Source: a virus. Taken from it: a stretch of 64,000 nt of DNA. The stretch is taken from positions 1 to 64,000 of the IMG/VR virus record IMGVR_UViG_3300050821_001198; one strand, 5' to 3'. The position numbers and the translations under genes are program-made. Below the pieces are notes generated by a model. That model had not been told where the DNA came from and did no database searches. It saw nothing but the letters and a program-made list of their open reading frames with translations. Position 1 is the first letter of the stretch. Each line of letters begins with the position of its first letter. Of the stretch, positions 1-8,589 are shown one piece after another.

Positions 1-131
1 GACGCACACGAGATAGCCTTCATCGTCCTCGTACGGGCCGTCCCATTCATGATCACAGTGCAGGGCCTTGTGACGCTGACCCTCCATGTCACAGACCGGA
101 CCACATCTCTCGCTATGGAACGGGAGAATGA

Positions 132-326
132 TCACCGTCTCCGCCTTACCGGGTCACGCCATACAGAACACGCACAGATGAGACATACTGTCTCGCGAGT
201 CCAGTCGTGATCGGGGTAGCCGCCCTTTAGGAAGTTCACGATGATCAGTGAACTCCGACCCTCACGGGTGACGGGTGGCACTGTCTGATTACAGCAGTCA
301 GTGCGGATAAGCACGGGATGATTCAC
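132..326 (-). CDS. hypothetical protein (Cys-containing)
   Basis: ORF in overlapping chain; CC and CxxC motifs. Confidence 0.55.
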   Translation of the reverse strand: MNHPVLIRTDCCNQTVPPVTREGRSSLIIVNFLKGGYPDHDWTRETVCLICACSVWRDPVRRRR

Positions 327-514
327 GGCTTGGAGTACGGTACAACAACGAAAGGTACGTCGGGAAAGTCAGCGGGGCTTAGTTCGTTGCCGTACACCGT
401 CGCGGCTTGTTGGCTGTTGAATGGTCCCCTGACATAGAATGGCCGACTTGGGCTACCTCCGACCACAACCACGGCCCACTGCTTACGCTTGAGAATGTTC
501 ATGAGCGAGATCAT
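323..514 (-). CDS. hypothetical protein
   Basis: 4-bp overlaps with both neighbours. Confidence 0.6.
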   Translation of the reverse strand: MISLMNILKRKQWAVVVVGGSPSRPFYVRGPFNSQQAATVYGNELSPADFPDVPFVVVPYSKP

Positions 515-1095
515 CTAAGTGCCTCATCGATCAGTGACCACAGCGTGCCGACATCGCCGGACCAGCGGTCATATGTGTTATCGGGTGGAGTACCAAGGGG
601 GCATAGCACACGCGGCTCGTGGTCGCGATAAATCGATACCTTCTCCATGAGCGTAGCGGTGAGCCCTCGCCAAGCAGTGTCGTGGAACGTGAGACCTGGC
701 TGAGTGTAGCTCTCGCCCTCCAAGACATACGTGATCTTCACTTCGTCGCCTCGATCTACACAGACACCCGTGGGCACGAGTTGATTGTCACGGTTGCGCC
801 CCGTGTCAGTCTTGGCCTGCCAGATTTCGTGCGTGGGTGGCCGGTCGATGCGCGGCTTGTACCGCTTCTGGATGAGCGTACCCTTGAGCACAGTGGATCG
901 CATGTCGAACTTGTGATCATGGATCGTGTTGACCGTGCTCTGACGCGGGAAGGTGTCACGATAGGCGGGCCAGACGTGCAGGCGCACACCGTCCGAGAGG
1001 TCAAGCTGTAGGAAGCCGTTAGGATGTACGCGAGGCTTCTCGTGGTCCGCGTCATAGAGACCGCGTACGGTGTCACGTACGAGATCAATAAGCAT
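511..1095 (-). CDS. cupin-fold protein
   Basis: HPNGF, RLHVWP, IHDHKFDMRSTVLKG and a downstream FH; His-rich cupin pattern. Confidence 0.65.
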   Translation of the reverse strand: MLIDLVRDTVRGLYDADHEKPRVHPNGFLQLDLSDGVRLHVWPAYRDTFPRQSTVNTIHDHKFDMRSTVLKGTLIQKRYKPRIDRPPTHEIWQAKTDTGRNRDNQLVPTGVCVDRGDEVKITYVLEGESYTQPGLTFHDTAWRGLTATLMEKVSIYRDHEPRVLCPLGTPPDNTYDRWSGDVGTLWSLIDEALR

Positions 1096-1226
1096 TGGTC
1101 ATCTCTTCGTCCTTGACGCGGATGAGATCAGGTCCCCACGAATTGTCATCGTGGGCACCGCAGGCATTGACGCCTCGGGCATCGCATCGCTGGCATCGCA
1201 CGATCGTATCACAGTCGCACTCGTGG

Positions 1227-1433
1227 TCAGTCGATTGGGGGATAGGCGGGTATATCCTCACCTGTCAGTTCTTTCCTCAGCGCCAGTAGGCGAATGTGCA
1301 TACGCCAGACGTCGCTCTCTAACTGATCAATGTGATCGACTACCTGACCTAGGTCGTCCTCAATGCCTAGAAGCTCCGCGAGTACAACTAGCTTGAGTGA
1401 CTCAAGCTCGGTTAGCAATTCATCAGGATCCAT
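1227..1433 (-). CDS. hypothetical coiled-coil protein
   Basis: GAGGG RBS upstream; heptad Leu pattern. Confidence 0.55.
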   Translation of the reverse strand: MDPDELLTELESLKLVVLAELLGIEDDLGQVVDHIDQLESDVWRMHIRLLALRKELTGEDIPAYPPID

Positions 1434-1663
1434 GTACCCTCCCTCTGATCATCATGCCACGAGACATTCCAGCCCGCTCGTCTCCAATCCTCTAGGACGC
1501 GGTTACGAATATCGTATGGGATGCCGTACGGTGGCGTGACACTGATCGGAAGACTGCGAGCCGACTCTGCGGCTGCCGTGAGCGCCTCATCGAGCAGTGC
1601 GTAGTGACGATTCTGGATCGTGTAGATTCGGTCCTTGACCGTCTGGGGCTCGACGGGCGGCAT
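1412..1663 (-). CDS. hypothetical protein
   Basis: Likely start MPPVEPQ (TAATG overlap with upstream stop). Confidence 0.6.
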   Translation of the reverse strand: MPPVEPQTVKDRIYTIQNRHYALLDEALTAAAESARSLPISVTPPYGIPYDIRNRVLEDWRRAGWNVSWHDDQREGTWILMNC

Positions 1664-1974
1664 TAGCGCGGTGGCCTCCCGCACCCGACACAGCGAAGCT
1701 CTTTGTCAGCGCTCATCTCATAGATGTGGCCACGGGGCGCTGTCCAGGCGCACAGGCGCTCTCGGGCCTTCCGGGCACGCTTCTCTGCCTTCGCCGTCTC
1801 TCGGGCCGCAGCTTGGCGCTGGAAGGCTGCTAGCTTGGCCTCGTGGATGCTCTGGGTCTCGGCCGCCTGCCTAGCGACCGCACGAGCCTGACCAGCTTGA
1901 TAGCCCTTGCAACGGTCGCACGAGCCGCAGCCACGAGCACTCGGCATCTGACAGCTACTAGCCAAAGGTATCAC
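1663..1974 (-). CDS. hypothetical Cys-rich (Zn-binding) protein
   Basis: CGSCDRC and CVGC motifs. Confidence 0.55.
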   Translation of the reverse strand: MIPLASSCQMPSARGCGSCDRCKGYQAGQARAVARQAAETQSIHEAKLAAFQRQAAARETAKAEKRARKARERLCAWTAPRGHIYEMSADKELRCVGCGRPPR

Positions 1975-2218
1975 CCGCTACCGCTAGCACATGGTTGACA
2001 TCAAAGTACCTGATCTCAACCTTATCGAGACAGACCTGTGAATGGACTACGACTTGGTACCGACCCGGCTTGTTGATGTAGCCCTGTGCGATCCCGAAAC
2101 GAAGTACATCGTCGGGCTCGGGATCTTGCTTATCGTGCCACTGTGTGTCGTAACGGAAAAGCCGCCGCAGCCAGAGACCGGATGTCTCGTAGGGAGCATC
2201 AAAGACCTCGAAGATCAT
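1958..2218 (-). CDS. hypothetical protein
   Basis: ORF in chain. Confidence 0.55.
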   Translation of the reverse strand: MIFEVFDAPYETSGLWLRRLFRYDTQWHDKQDPEPDDVLRFGIAQGYINKPGRYQVVVHSQVCLDKVEIRYFDVNHVLAVAGDTFG

Positions 2219-2460
2219 CGGGTGAGATCAATTCGGTCGAAGCCCAGCAGTAGGTCGTCGTCAATGTCAGGCGGTGCCTCGGTCTCCGCCAGCAGCGTCA
2301 TGTCGCCGGTCACGTATGCACGGACGATGATGTCGCGATTATGCTCGTACCACGCCTCCATCCACTCTTTCGGGACGGAGAAGCGAAGCTCGGGAAGCGG
2401 ATTGGACACAACACTGACATCGAACAGTTGAAGGTCGTGGATCTCACGATCAGTCTGCAT
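2215..2460 (-). CDS. hypothetical protein
   Basis: Likely start MQTDREIH, preceded by GGAG. Confidence 0.5.
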   Translation of the reverse strand: MQTDREIHDLQLFDVSVVSNPLPELRFSVPKEWMEAWYEHNRDIIVRAYVTGDMTLLAETEAPPDIDDDLLLGFDRIDLTR

Positions 2461-2692
2461 TGCACTCCGCGTGGTGACATTCCTCGTCACCCTTGTAGTC
2501 ACAGTCCTCGGCGGGGTGACGCTCGTGGCGCAGTGCATACTTGAGGTTGGTTGCCTGCATCTCGTTGACGATACCGATTACTTCGAGATACGTCAAGTCC
2601 TCGTGCTTGGCCCACCAATCCTCGAACGCGCATTGGAGATCAAGCTTGGCCTTCGTCACAATGTTGGTCCGCTCGTGCAGTCGTAGGCTCAT
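2450..2692 (-). CDS. hypothetical protein
   Basis: ORF in chain. Confidence 0.6.
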   Translation of the reverse strand: MSLRLHERTNIVTKAKLDLQCAFEDWWAKHEDLTYLEVIGIVNEMQATNLKYALRHERHPAEDCDYKGDEECHHAECNAD

Positions 2693-2919
2693 ATCCTCGA
2701 TCCGTCCGTCTCGCCTTTGTAGTAGACCGTGCCATCCCTCGTGACTAGGAAGTCTTCCATGACGGTCTGGAGGGCCTCAGCCAGCCGCTCGCGATGTGTC
2801 TTCACCGGCCGCAGGCAGTGAGCCTCGGCTTGCTCAAGAAAGCAAGCGCACTCCAGACACCGCACTTGGATCTCGCCCGATATATGACAGAGCTTGATCC
2901 AGACGTGATCAGAGTACAT
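2689..2919 (-). CDS. hypothetical protein
   Basis: Likely start MYSDHVW. Confidence 0.45.
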   Translation of the reverse strand: MYSDHVWIKLCHISGEIQVRCLECACFLEQAEAHCLRPVKTHRERLAEALQTVMEDFLVTRDGTVYYKGETDGSRI

Positions 2920-3313
2920 GCGCCAGCCCGTACGCCACCAGGAAGGCGACGATGACCAGCAGCAGCAGAAGCTCCCAACGACGGCGAGGCTGGCACGGGG
3001 GAGCCGGTGGACGCGGATACCAGTCGTCAACCGTGACGAAGTTGGCCGCTCCCCAGCGGTCGCAGACGGGGCACTTCAGGTTCTTGGGTGTCTCGGGGCA
3101 CAGTTCGTTCATGTGAGCCTTTAGTAGTAGTTCTCGTCGCCGGTACGTGCCCGTCGAGCGTCCGGGCGATGCGCTCGATGTCGCGTTGGGACACTTCACC
3201 CCGTGTTCGCGACAGATAACACCGTCGCACCAGTCGCTATCTCGGGCGCAGCGTGGCCTTTCGCTTTGCTCGGGGTGCGTCTGCTCGGGTTGCGCCTGAA
3301 TCTCGTCGCTCAT
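2909..3313 (-). CDS. hypothetical membrane protein with Cys clusters
   Basis: Start MSDEIQ after GGAGGA; C-terminal hydrophobic helix. Confidence 0.5.
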   Translation of the reverse strand: MSDEIQAQPEQTHPEQSERPRCARDSDWCDGVICREHGVKCPNATSSASPGRSTGTYRRRELLLKAHMNELCPETPKNLKCPVCDRWGAANFVTVDDWYPRPPAPPCQPRRRWELLLLLVIVAFLVAYGLAHVL

Positions 3314-3654
3314 CGGTCCTCCTCGGGAACGATCGTTCGGAGGCGTTCGATCACTCCCAGCGTTGTGCCCTTGTCGCCTGCTGCGAATGCGTTGACGAGT
3401 TCCTGCACGGTCGCCCGGAGAAGGTCGTCGCCGTCGTCGGGCTCGATTACGAACATAAACGAGTAGCCGGGGATGAACAGCTTTGTATCGACGGTCAGCC
3501 GGGCTAGCTCTTGCTCGGTCCACGGCGTGTCCTTCGCGACCGTGGCTCGCAGCGTCGCGCGGTATTTCAGGCTGTCGGGTCCGTGGCCCACCGGCTGCGT
3601 GACGCTCGGGTCCAGCAGCACCTCAGTGTGCTCGCGTGGTGTGCTGTCGCTCAT
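3310..3654 (-). CDS. hypothetical protein
   Basis: ORF in chain, coupled to a 16-aa uORF. Confidence 0.6.
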   Translation of the reverse strand: MSDSTPREHTEVLLDPSVTQPVGHGPDSLKYRATLRATVAKDTPWTEQELARLTVDTKLFIPGYSFMFVIEPDDGDDLLRATVQELVNAFAAGDKGTTLGVIERLRTIVPEEDR

Positions 3655-3708
3655 AGCTGATCCTCCAGATTGCCGGTGGCGTCGAAGATGCTGTAGTCCA
3701 TCGCCATG

Positions 3709-3737
3709 ATGCTAGCGCCTCCCTGAATGAGTGTCAA
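3709..3737 (-). promoter_or_regulatory. sigma70/SigA-type promoter TTGACA-N17-TAGCAT
   Basis: Read directly; ATG 7 nt downstream (leaderless). Confidence 0.7.
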
Positions 3738-3739
3738 GC

Positions 3740-4018
3740 TCACGAGTTACCGCACCGCGTGCAGTTGGGTCCGTAGCCGAACGTACAGAGCCCGTTGGCG
3801 CACTTTGGCTTGGCGATCACTCGAACGCTCTCGGTCTCGTCCACGGCGAATACGGTCGGCGTCGGCTGCACGGGCACCACCTTGAACTCGAAGATCGATC
3901 CATAGTGTTCCGTGCGGTCACGGGATGCTTCACTTACCACGCACTCGATTCCGGCGTAAGCGCCGCGATGCGGAATTACGACATCGCCCACCTTGATACT
4001 CGCAGGGGCGGCCATCAT
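3740..4018 (-). CDS. hypothetical protein (SH3/KOW-like N-terminus, C-terminal Cys cluster)
   Basis: IKVGDVVI...GAYAG and CANGLC...CTRC. Confidence 0.55.
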   Translation of the reverse strand: MMAAPASIKVGDVVIPHRGAYAGIECVVSEASRDRTEHYGSIFEFKVVPVQPTPTVFAVDETESVRVIAKPKCANGLCTFGYGPNCTRCGNS

Positions 4019-4209
4019 GGCTCCAATGTTGAATCGGCGCGGGTGAAGGCGTGAAGCGGGTAGATGATGCTGTTTCCAACCTCGTCGCCTTCCGGCGGGT
4101 CGCGCGAGATGAGCAGCACACCCTCTTGAACTCGAAGATCGGTACAGCGGTCGTAGGTGGCGAGCTTGAGGCTTCCGCTGAAGACTCGAACGGTGCTGTA
4201 CGTGGGCAT
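4015..4209 (-). CDS. hypothetical protein
   Basis: GGAGG RBS; in chain. Confidence 0.6.
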   Translation of the reverse strand: MPTYSTVRVFSGSLKLATYDRCTDLRVQEGVLLISRDPPEGDEVGNSIIYPLHAFTRADSTLEP

Positions 4210-4968
4210 TCAATCCTCCAGCTTGGGTAGGGACAGTAGACGGTCGATCCACCGATGAGCCTGGCTCTTCGAGAGACCGGCGTCGATCATGGCGGTGGCC
4301 TCTCGGCGCTCGTCAACGCTCAGGACGCGCTCGTCCATCAGGCGGTTGATGAAGGTGTGCTGGTCCTCGCTCATCGCGGGCGCTGCGGTGGCACGCAGGG
4401 CAGCGATACGGGCCTTGAGAGCGTTTATCTTGTCAGACGCCTCGCTGCGTGTAGAGACCACCGGAGGCATCTCGCCAAGCTCGGCAGCCAGCCTCCCGAT
4501 GAAGTCAACCTGCGGGCCAGTAGGACCGTCCTCGGTCCGCGTGACGTGGCCCTTGTGCCGGTCGGCGTCCGCGTCGGGATCGTAGTGCTCGGTGATGCGC
4601 GTGTCAGAAGCCCGCTTTGCCTCGGCCGTCATCTCAGGCCGGGGAACCTCGTGGACCGTGAGAATGTGGCCGCGTCCGTGATTGGCTCCGCCGCACGAGC
4701 AAGTACAATCGTGACCCTTGGCGTTGAGACAGCGAGCATCGCACTTGTGGTCCGGGGAGTAGGTCCCCTTGACCGCCCGGAGCATGAAGAACTTGTGGCC
4801 GTTCGTGCAGCGGGCGAAGACGCCGTTGTTGCCGACGCGCTTAGCGCCAGCACCGGCCGTGACAGCGCTGAAGTCCTCGACAAGCTCGATCTGCTCGTTC
4901 GTGGCGAACAGAGCGTAGTCGCAGGACTTGCAGCGTCCCAGGTAGGGCTTGTCACCGAGAGCGGTCAT
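4210..4968 (-). CDS. Cys-rich Zn-binding protein with two short C-terminal helical repeats
   Basis: CDARCLNAKGHDCTCSCGGANHG; repeats PTGPQVDFIGRLA and MSEDQHTFINRLM. Confidence 0.7.
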   Translation of the reverse strand: MTALGDKPYLGRCKSCDYALFATNEQIELVEDFSAVTAGAGAKRVGNNGVFARCTNGHKFFMLRAVKGTYSPDHKCDARCLNAKGHDCTCSCGGANHGRGHILTVHEVPRPEMTAEAKRASDTRITEHYDPDADADRHKGHVTRTEDGPTGPQVDFIGRLAAELGEMPPVVSTRSEASDKINALKARIAALRATAAPAMSEDQHTFINRLMDERVLSVDERREATAMIDAGLSKSQAHRWIDRLLSLPKLED

Positions 4969-5243
4969 TAGAGCGGCCTCACGATGGCGCGAAGCGCCGT
5001 GTCGATGTGGGTGTCGTTGTAGCCCTGATCGTAGAGATACTGGATCAGAGGTTGCGGGATGATGGGATCGTGCTCGGGACGATATGCGCCGTGGAGTAGA
5101 TCCCAGCGGTAGCGCTTGTCAAGGTTCTTGACGAGATCGGCTCGCGGGAAGTCGCCCGCCCGATACACACGACGTAGGGCGTCCGTCTCGATTCCCTCGA
5201 TGGCCGTCTTCACGATCTCGAAGTCTCTCGCTGACATCTTCAT
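4968..5243 (-). CDS. hypothetical phage protein
   Basis: RYRWDLL...LY..GYNDTHIDTALR pattern. Confidence 0.65.
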   Translation of the reverse strand: MKMSARDFEIVKTAIEGIETDALRRVYRAGDFPRADLVKNLDKRYRWDLLHGAYRPEHDPIIPQPLIQYLYDQGYNDTHIDTALRAIVRPL

Positions 5244-5245
5244 GA

Positions 5246-5614
5246 TCAGAAGCCCTCCGGGCCGTAGATGGCCTCGTCGAGAAGGGCCAGAGCCTCGGCG
5301 AGGCGCTCAGCGGCGATCATCGGGGCGATGACCTCGGCGTAGTGCTCAGCCTCGTAGTCGGCCCGATCCTCGTCAACCTCGTACTCGACCTCGGGGGTGG
5401 GCTCGGTGACCTGAGCCAGCACGTCGCGGCGAAGGCCCTCGACCGTATCGGCCATGTCAAGCAGTGAGAAAGCGAGCCCGTGATTCTGAACCTCGTCGGC
5501 CCGATCTCGAAGATGGGCAACGCGGGCCTCAAGCGAGGTCAGGAGAAGATCGATGCGGGACTCGGTAAGCGTGATGCTCGCCATGCTGGCCTCCGTGATT
5601 GTGTTCGCGTCCAT
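5246..5614 (-). CDS. hypothetical acidic protein
   Basis: Leaderless ATG 7 nt after TATAAT. Confidence 0.65.
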   Translation of the reverse strand: MDANTITEASMASITLTESRIDLLLTSLEARVAHLRDRADEVQNHGLAFSLLDMADTVEGLRRDVLAQVTEPTPEVEYEVDEDRADYEAEHYAEVIAPMIAAERLAEALALLDEAIYGPEGF

Positions 5615-5621
5615 GGCTCGT

Positions 5622-5650
5622 ATTATAGCGTAGTCGGGTCGGTCGGTCAA
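5622..5650 (-). promoter_or_regulatory. promoter TTGACC-N17-TATAAT
   Basis: -35 overlaps the TGA stop of the upstream sugar transferase. Confidence 0.8.
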
Positions 5651-6231
5651 CCGCGTAGCCGCAAGACCTCAGGAAGCGTCAGCAACAGGACGCGGAGGTC
5701 GAACCGCAGAGACCAGTTCTCGATGTAGTGATTGTCGAACTCGACGCGGGTAGCGATAGGCGTCTGGCCGCGCAACCCGTTCACTTGAGCCCAGCCGGTG
5801 AGCCCCGGCTTGACGCGATGTCGGTCGGTGTAGCGGTGGATCTCGCGAGCGAACAGCGCTACGAACTCGGGCCGCTCGGGGCGCGGACCGACCAGGCTCA
5901 TGTCGCCACGCAAGACGTTGATCAGTTGGGGTAGCTCGTCAAGCGACGTAGCTCGCAGGTAACGGCCGATAGCGGTCCGCCTGTCCGCTCCCTCGACGCC
6001 GCCCGGTGCCATGCCCGTGGCAGGGACGAACTCGGACGTGTCCGAGACGCGCATCGTCCGGAACTTGAGCACGTCGAACTCGTGCCCGCCGAGACCGACC
6101 CGGCGCTGACGGAAGAGGATCGGACCACTTGAGGTCAGCTTGACCAGCAACGCGATCACAAGCAGCAGGAGACCGACCGCCAGTAGCAGCAGCGCGGCCA
6201 CCACGCGGTCGGCTGTGTGCTTGAGCGTCAC
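5647..6231 (-). CDS. bacterial sugar transferase (priming polyprenyl-phosphate phosphoglycosyl transferase, WcaJ/WbaP C-terminal/PglC-like)
   Basis: GPILFRQRRVG, KFRTM, SLDELPQLINVLRGDMSLVGPRPE, KPGLTGWAQVNG motifs; N-terminal hydrophobic segment. Confidence 0.92.
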   Translation of the reverse strand: MTLKHTADRVVAALLLLAVGLLLLVIALLVKLTSSGPILFRQRRVGLGGHEFDVLKFRTMRVSDTSEFVPATGMAPGGVEGADRRTAIGRYLRATSLDELPQLINVLRGDMSLVGPRPERPEFVALFAREIHRYTDRHRVKPGLTGWAQVNGLRGQTPIATRVEFDNHYIENWSLRFDLRVLLLTLPEVLRLRG

Positions 6232-7178
6232 GCGGCCTCCAGTCCGACAACCTCGCTCGGCACCTTGTCGTAGCCCTCGACCCGGAGCGTGCCGGGGAGA
6301 AGGTCCAGGAACTTGTTGGCCGCTGAGGCGATGGCCGGACCGAACCGGAAGCTCTTGGTCAGCGGCAGGACGTGCTTGGCCTGGAAGCTGTCCAGCGCGT
6401 TGACCGCGCCCGTGAAGCCGTAGATTGCCTGGTTCTCGTCGCCCACCGCGATGACCTGTGCGTGCGTCTGGAGCTTGATGATGGCTGCGATCACGGGGTT
6501 GGCGTCCTGGGCCTCATCGAAGAGGATGACGCTCGCGTTGATCTTGGGGTTGCTCAAGTGGAAGAGCTTGAGGTAGATGTCGTGCGTCATGATCAGGCCC
6601 TTGTCCGTCATGCTGCTAGCCAGCGTCCAGTAGGTCTGGGCGAAGGGCAGGATGTCGGCCGCGAGCTTGGCGTGGCTGTTCTTGTCGAAGCCGTCCTGCT
6701 GCGGGACGTGGCGAGCGATGATCTCCTGGTCGGCGGAGCGGCAGAACTTGGCGACCGTGTTCTGAGCGATCCACGCGAGGGTGGAGGTCTTGAGAGTGCG
6801 CTGCGTCTGATTGCCCTCGTCATCGACTGTGATGTAGGTCTTGGTGGAGCGGATGCCCAACACCTTGGCGGCCTCCCAGGAGGGAGTCGGGTAGTTCTTG
6901 ACGCGGCCGAATGCGTTGTTGGGCTTGACGATGGCCTGATACGCGAAGCTGTGCGCCGTGCGGGCATCGGTGTTGTTGGGGAAGCGGCCCTTGGCCTCTT
7001 CCGCGATGTCCGTGTTGTAGGCGACGTAGGCCACGCTCGACTTCAGCATCGCCTCAGCGATCAGCGCCAGCGTGGAGGTCTTGCCGGTGCCCGCCAGAGC
7101 CTTGACCGTGACGTTCTCGCCCGTGAGGGCGGCGGCGATGATGTTCTCCTGCTCGGCGGTGGGTGCGAAGTTCGGCAA
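6228..7178 (-). CDS. UvrD/Rep-like SF1 helicase, N-terminal half (motifs Q, I-IV)
   Basis: PTAEQ, ALAGTGKT, FDEAQD, VGDENQAIYGF, LTKSFRFG; TTG start. Confidence 0.9.
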   Translation of the reverse strand: MPNFAPTAEQENIIAAALTGENVTVKALAGTGKTSTLALIAEAMLKSSVAYVAYNTDIAEEAKGRFPNNTDARTAHSFAYQAIVKPNNAFGRVKNYPTPSWEAAKVLGIRSTKTYITVDDEGNQTQRTLKTSTLAWIAQNTVAKFCRSADQEIIARHVPQQDGFDKNSHAKLAADILPFAQTYWTLASSMTDKGLIMTHDIYLKLFHLSNPKINASVILFDEAQDANPVIAAIIKLQTHAQVIAVGDENQAIYGFTGAVNALDSFQAKHVLPLTKSFRFGPAIASAANKFLDLLPGTLRVEGYDKVPSEVVGLEAA

Positions 7179-7210
7179 GGTGTCTCCGTTCTCAGTTGGT
7201 CGCTGCGCTT

Positions 7211-7240
7211 ATTATAGCGCAGTCTGACGGCGCTTGTCAA
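7211..7240 (-). promoter_or_regulatory. promoter TTGACA-N18-TATAAT
   Basis: Perfect consensus hexamers upstream of the helicase N-half. Confidence 0.85.
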
Positions 7241-7246
7241 GCACCG

Positions 7247-7480
7247 CTAGGACCCGAACTCACAGCTATGAGGGCCTTGATAAAGCTCTTTGAGCTTGTC
7301 GGCGGGGCAATGGAATTGCAGGCAGCCGTCGTATTCGCCGTGGTAGATCGTCTCGGTGTCGTCTGAGCCATGCTCTCCCAGCGCGATCCCGTTGGCCTTG
7401 GCGTACTCGATGAACTCGGCTTCTCGCTCACCCTCGTAGTACAGGTTGCGGCCGTCCGGGTAAAGAGCTTCGAGATCCAT
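7247..7480 (-). CDS. hypothetical acidic protein
   Basis: ORF between the helicase halves; start MDLEAL just after the upstream stop. Confidence 0.6.
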   Translation of the reverse strand: MDLEALYPDGRNLYYEGEREAEFIEYAKANGIALGEHGSDDTETIYHGEYDGCLQFHCPADKLKELYQGPHSCEFGS

Positions 7481-7481
7481 G

Positions 7482-8039
7482 TCAACCCTCACAGTCGAGA
7501 TTGAAGACCCAATCGAGGGCCGTGGCGTCCAGGAAGAGCTTGGCGCGGGTGACCGCCACGTACATGAGCCGGATATCCGTCTCGCTCGGGCCGGTCTCGC
7601 TCTTGGCGGGCTTGAAGTCGCCGTGGATGAGCACGCGGTTCCACTCCAGCCCCTTGGCCTTGTGCGCCGTGATGATCGTCACGTCCGCCTGCTTGTTCCG
7701 CTGCTTCTTGTCAGCCCCGTCGATGCAGTTGGCCATCATCTCCACGATGGCATCGACGCCGTAGTTGTCGGCCAGCCGGACCATGGAGCGAAGCTCTGCG
7801 CCCTCGTCTGTCTGCGAGTACGCCTGCACGTCGGGCCAGTTGTTGAACGCCTGGAGCGCCGGGAACTTCCACGGGGACTCGCCGTTCATCAACATCTCGG
7901 CGGCCTCGCAGAACTTGCGGAGCCCTCCGAATCCACCGGACATGGTGACCTTGACCGTCTTGCCCTGGGCATGCTGCTCGATGGCCTGGGCGATGACTCC
8001 TGCGTTGGTCCGGCAGAGAATGGCGTCGAAGTCGCTCAC
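7482..8039 (-). CDS. UvrD/Rep-like helicase, C-terminal half (motifs IVa, V, VI)
   Basis: DAILCRTNA, TAHKAKGLEW, RLMYVAVTRAK; GTG start after AACGGA. Confidence 0.88.
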   Translation of the reverse strand: MSDFDAILCRTNAGVIAQAIEQHAQGKTVKVTMSGGFGGLRKFCEAAEMLMNGESPWKFPALQAFNNWPDVQAYSQTDEGAELRSMVRLADNYGVDAIVEMMANCIDGADKKQRNKQADVTIITAHKAKGLEWNRVLIHGDFKPAKSETGPSETDIRLMYVAVTRAKLFLDATALDWVFNLDCEG

Positions 8040-8072
8040 TTGGATTCCGTTCGTTCGGGGCTTGCTTCGCAC

Positions 8073-8102
8073 ATTATACCACATGATGTGGCGGGAGCGC
8101 AA
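8073..8102 (-). promoter_or_regulatory. promoter TTGCGC-N18-TATAAT with extended TGn
   Basis: TGG-TATAAT upstream of the helicase C-half. Confidence 0.7.
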
Positions 8103-8188
8103 GGCCCACTGTCAAGGTTATGAAATGGGTCGGCTAGTGGTAGCCCCCGATCTCGACGCCGTGTTCCTTCTGGGCACCGCTGCGCTCC

Positions 8189-8217
8189 ATTATACAGGAT
8201 CGGACCTCGGCTGTCAA
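8189..8217 (-). promoter_or_regulatory. promoter TTGACA-N17-TATAAT
   Basis: Perfect consensus; followed by ~70 nt with no substantial ORF. Confidence 0.85.
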
Positions 8218-8220
8218 CAC

Positions 8221-8589
8221 TTAGTCGGTCGCATACTCCGCCTTGATCTTCGCCCAATCCTCGGGCACTCGGGTATCGATGGGGTCCGGATAGCCGGGTA
8301 GCTGCTCGTAGACGTGTGCCACGAACCATTGGCCAAGCTCTGCGCTCCCGATGTACTTCTTGCCCTCGGCGTGGAAGCGGTCGCCGGTCGTGACCACCAC
8401 GAACACACGGGGCGCAGACCGACACTCATAGTCACGGGGGACGGACCAATTCACCCCCGGGACCTCGGCCCACATGACTAGCATGTCGTTCTGCTTAGCC
8501 ACGGTGATAGGGTCCGCCTCGGCGGGCATCATGACTAGCTGCCGCCGGTCGGGCTCCAGCGTGTACTTGAGGATGCGCGTCTCGCTCAC
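8221..8589 (-). CDS. conserved phage hypothetical protein
   Basis: ILKYTL...MPAEA...MWAEV...VVTTG...YIG...HVYE pattern; GTG start. Confidence 0.7.
   Translation of the reverse strand: MSETRILKYTLEPDRRQLVMMPAEADPITVAKQNDMLVMWAEVPGVNWSVPRDYECRSAPRVFVVVTTGDRFHAEGKKYIGSAELGQWFVAHVYEQLPGYPDPIDTRVPEDWAKIKAEYATD

Noticed and set aside
1390-1408. 19-bp near-perfect palindrome AGCTTGAGT-G-ACTCAAGCT
   Set aside because: Single copy inside a coding region; no second site or promoter context noticed
2380-2440. LFDVSVVSNP resembles an HK97 prohead protease motif
   Set aside because: Protein is only ~80 aa and lacks the rest of the fold
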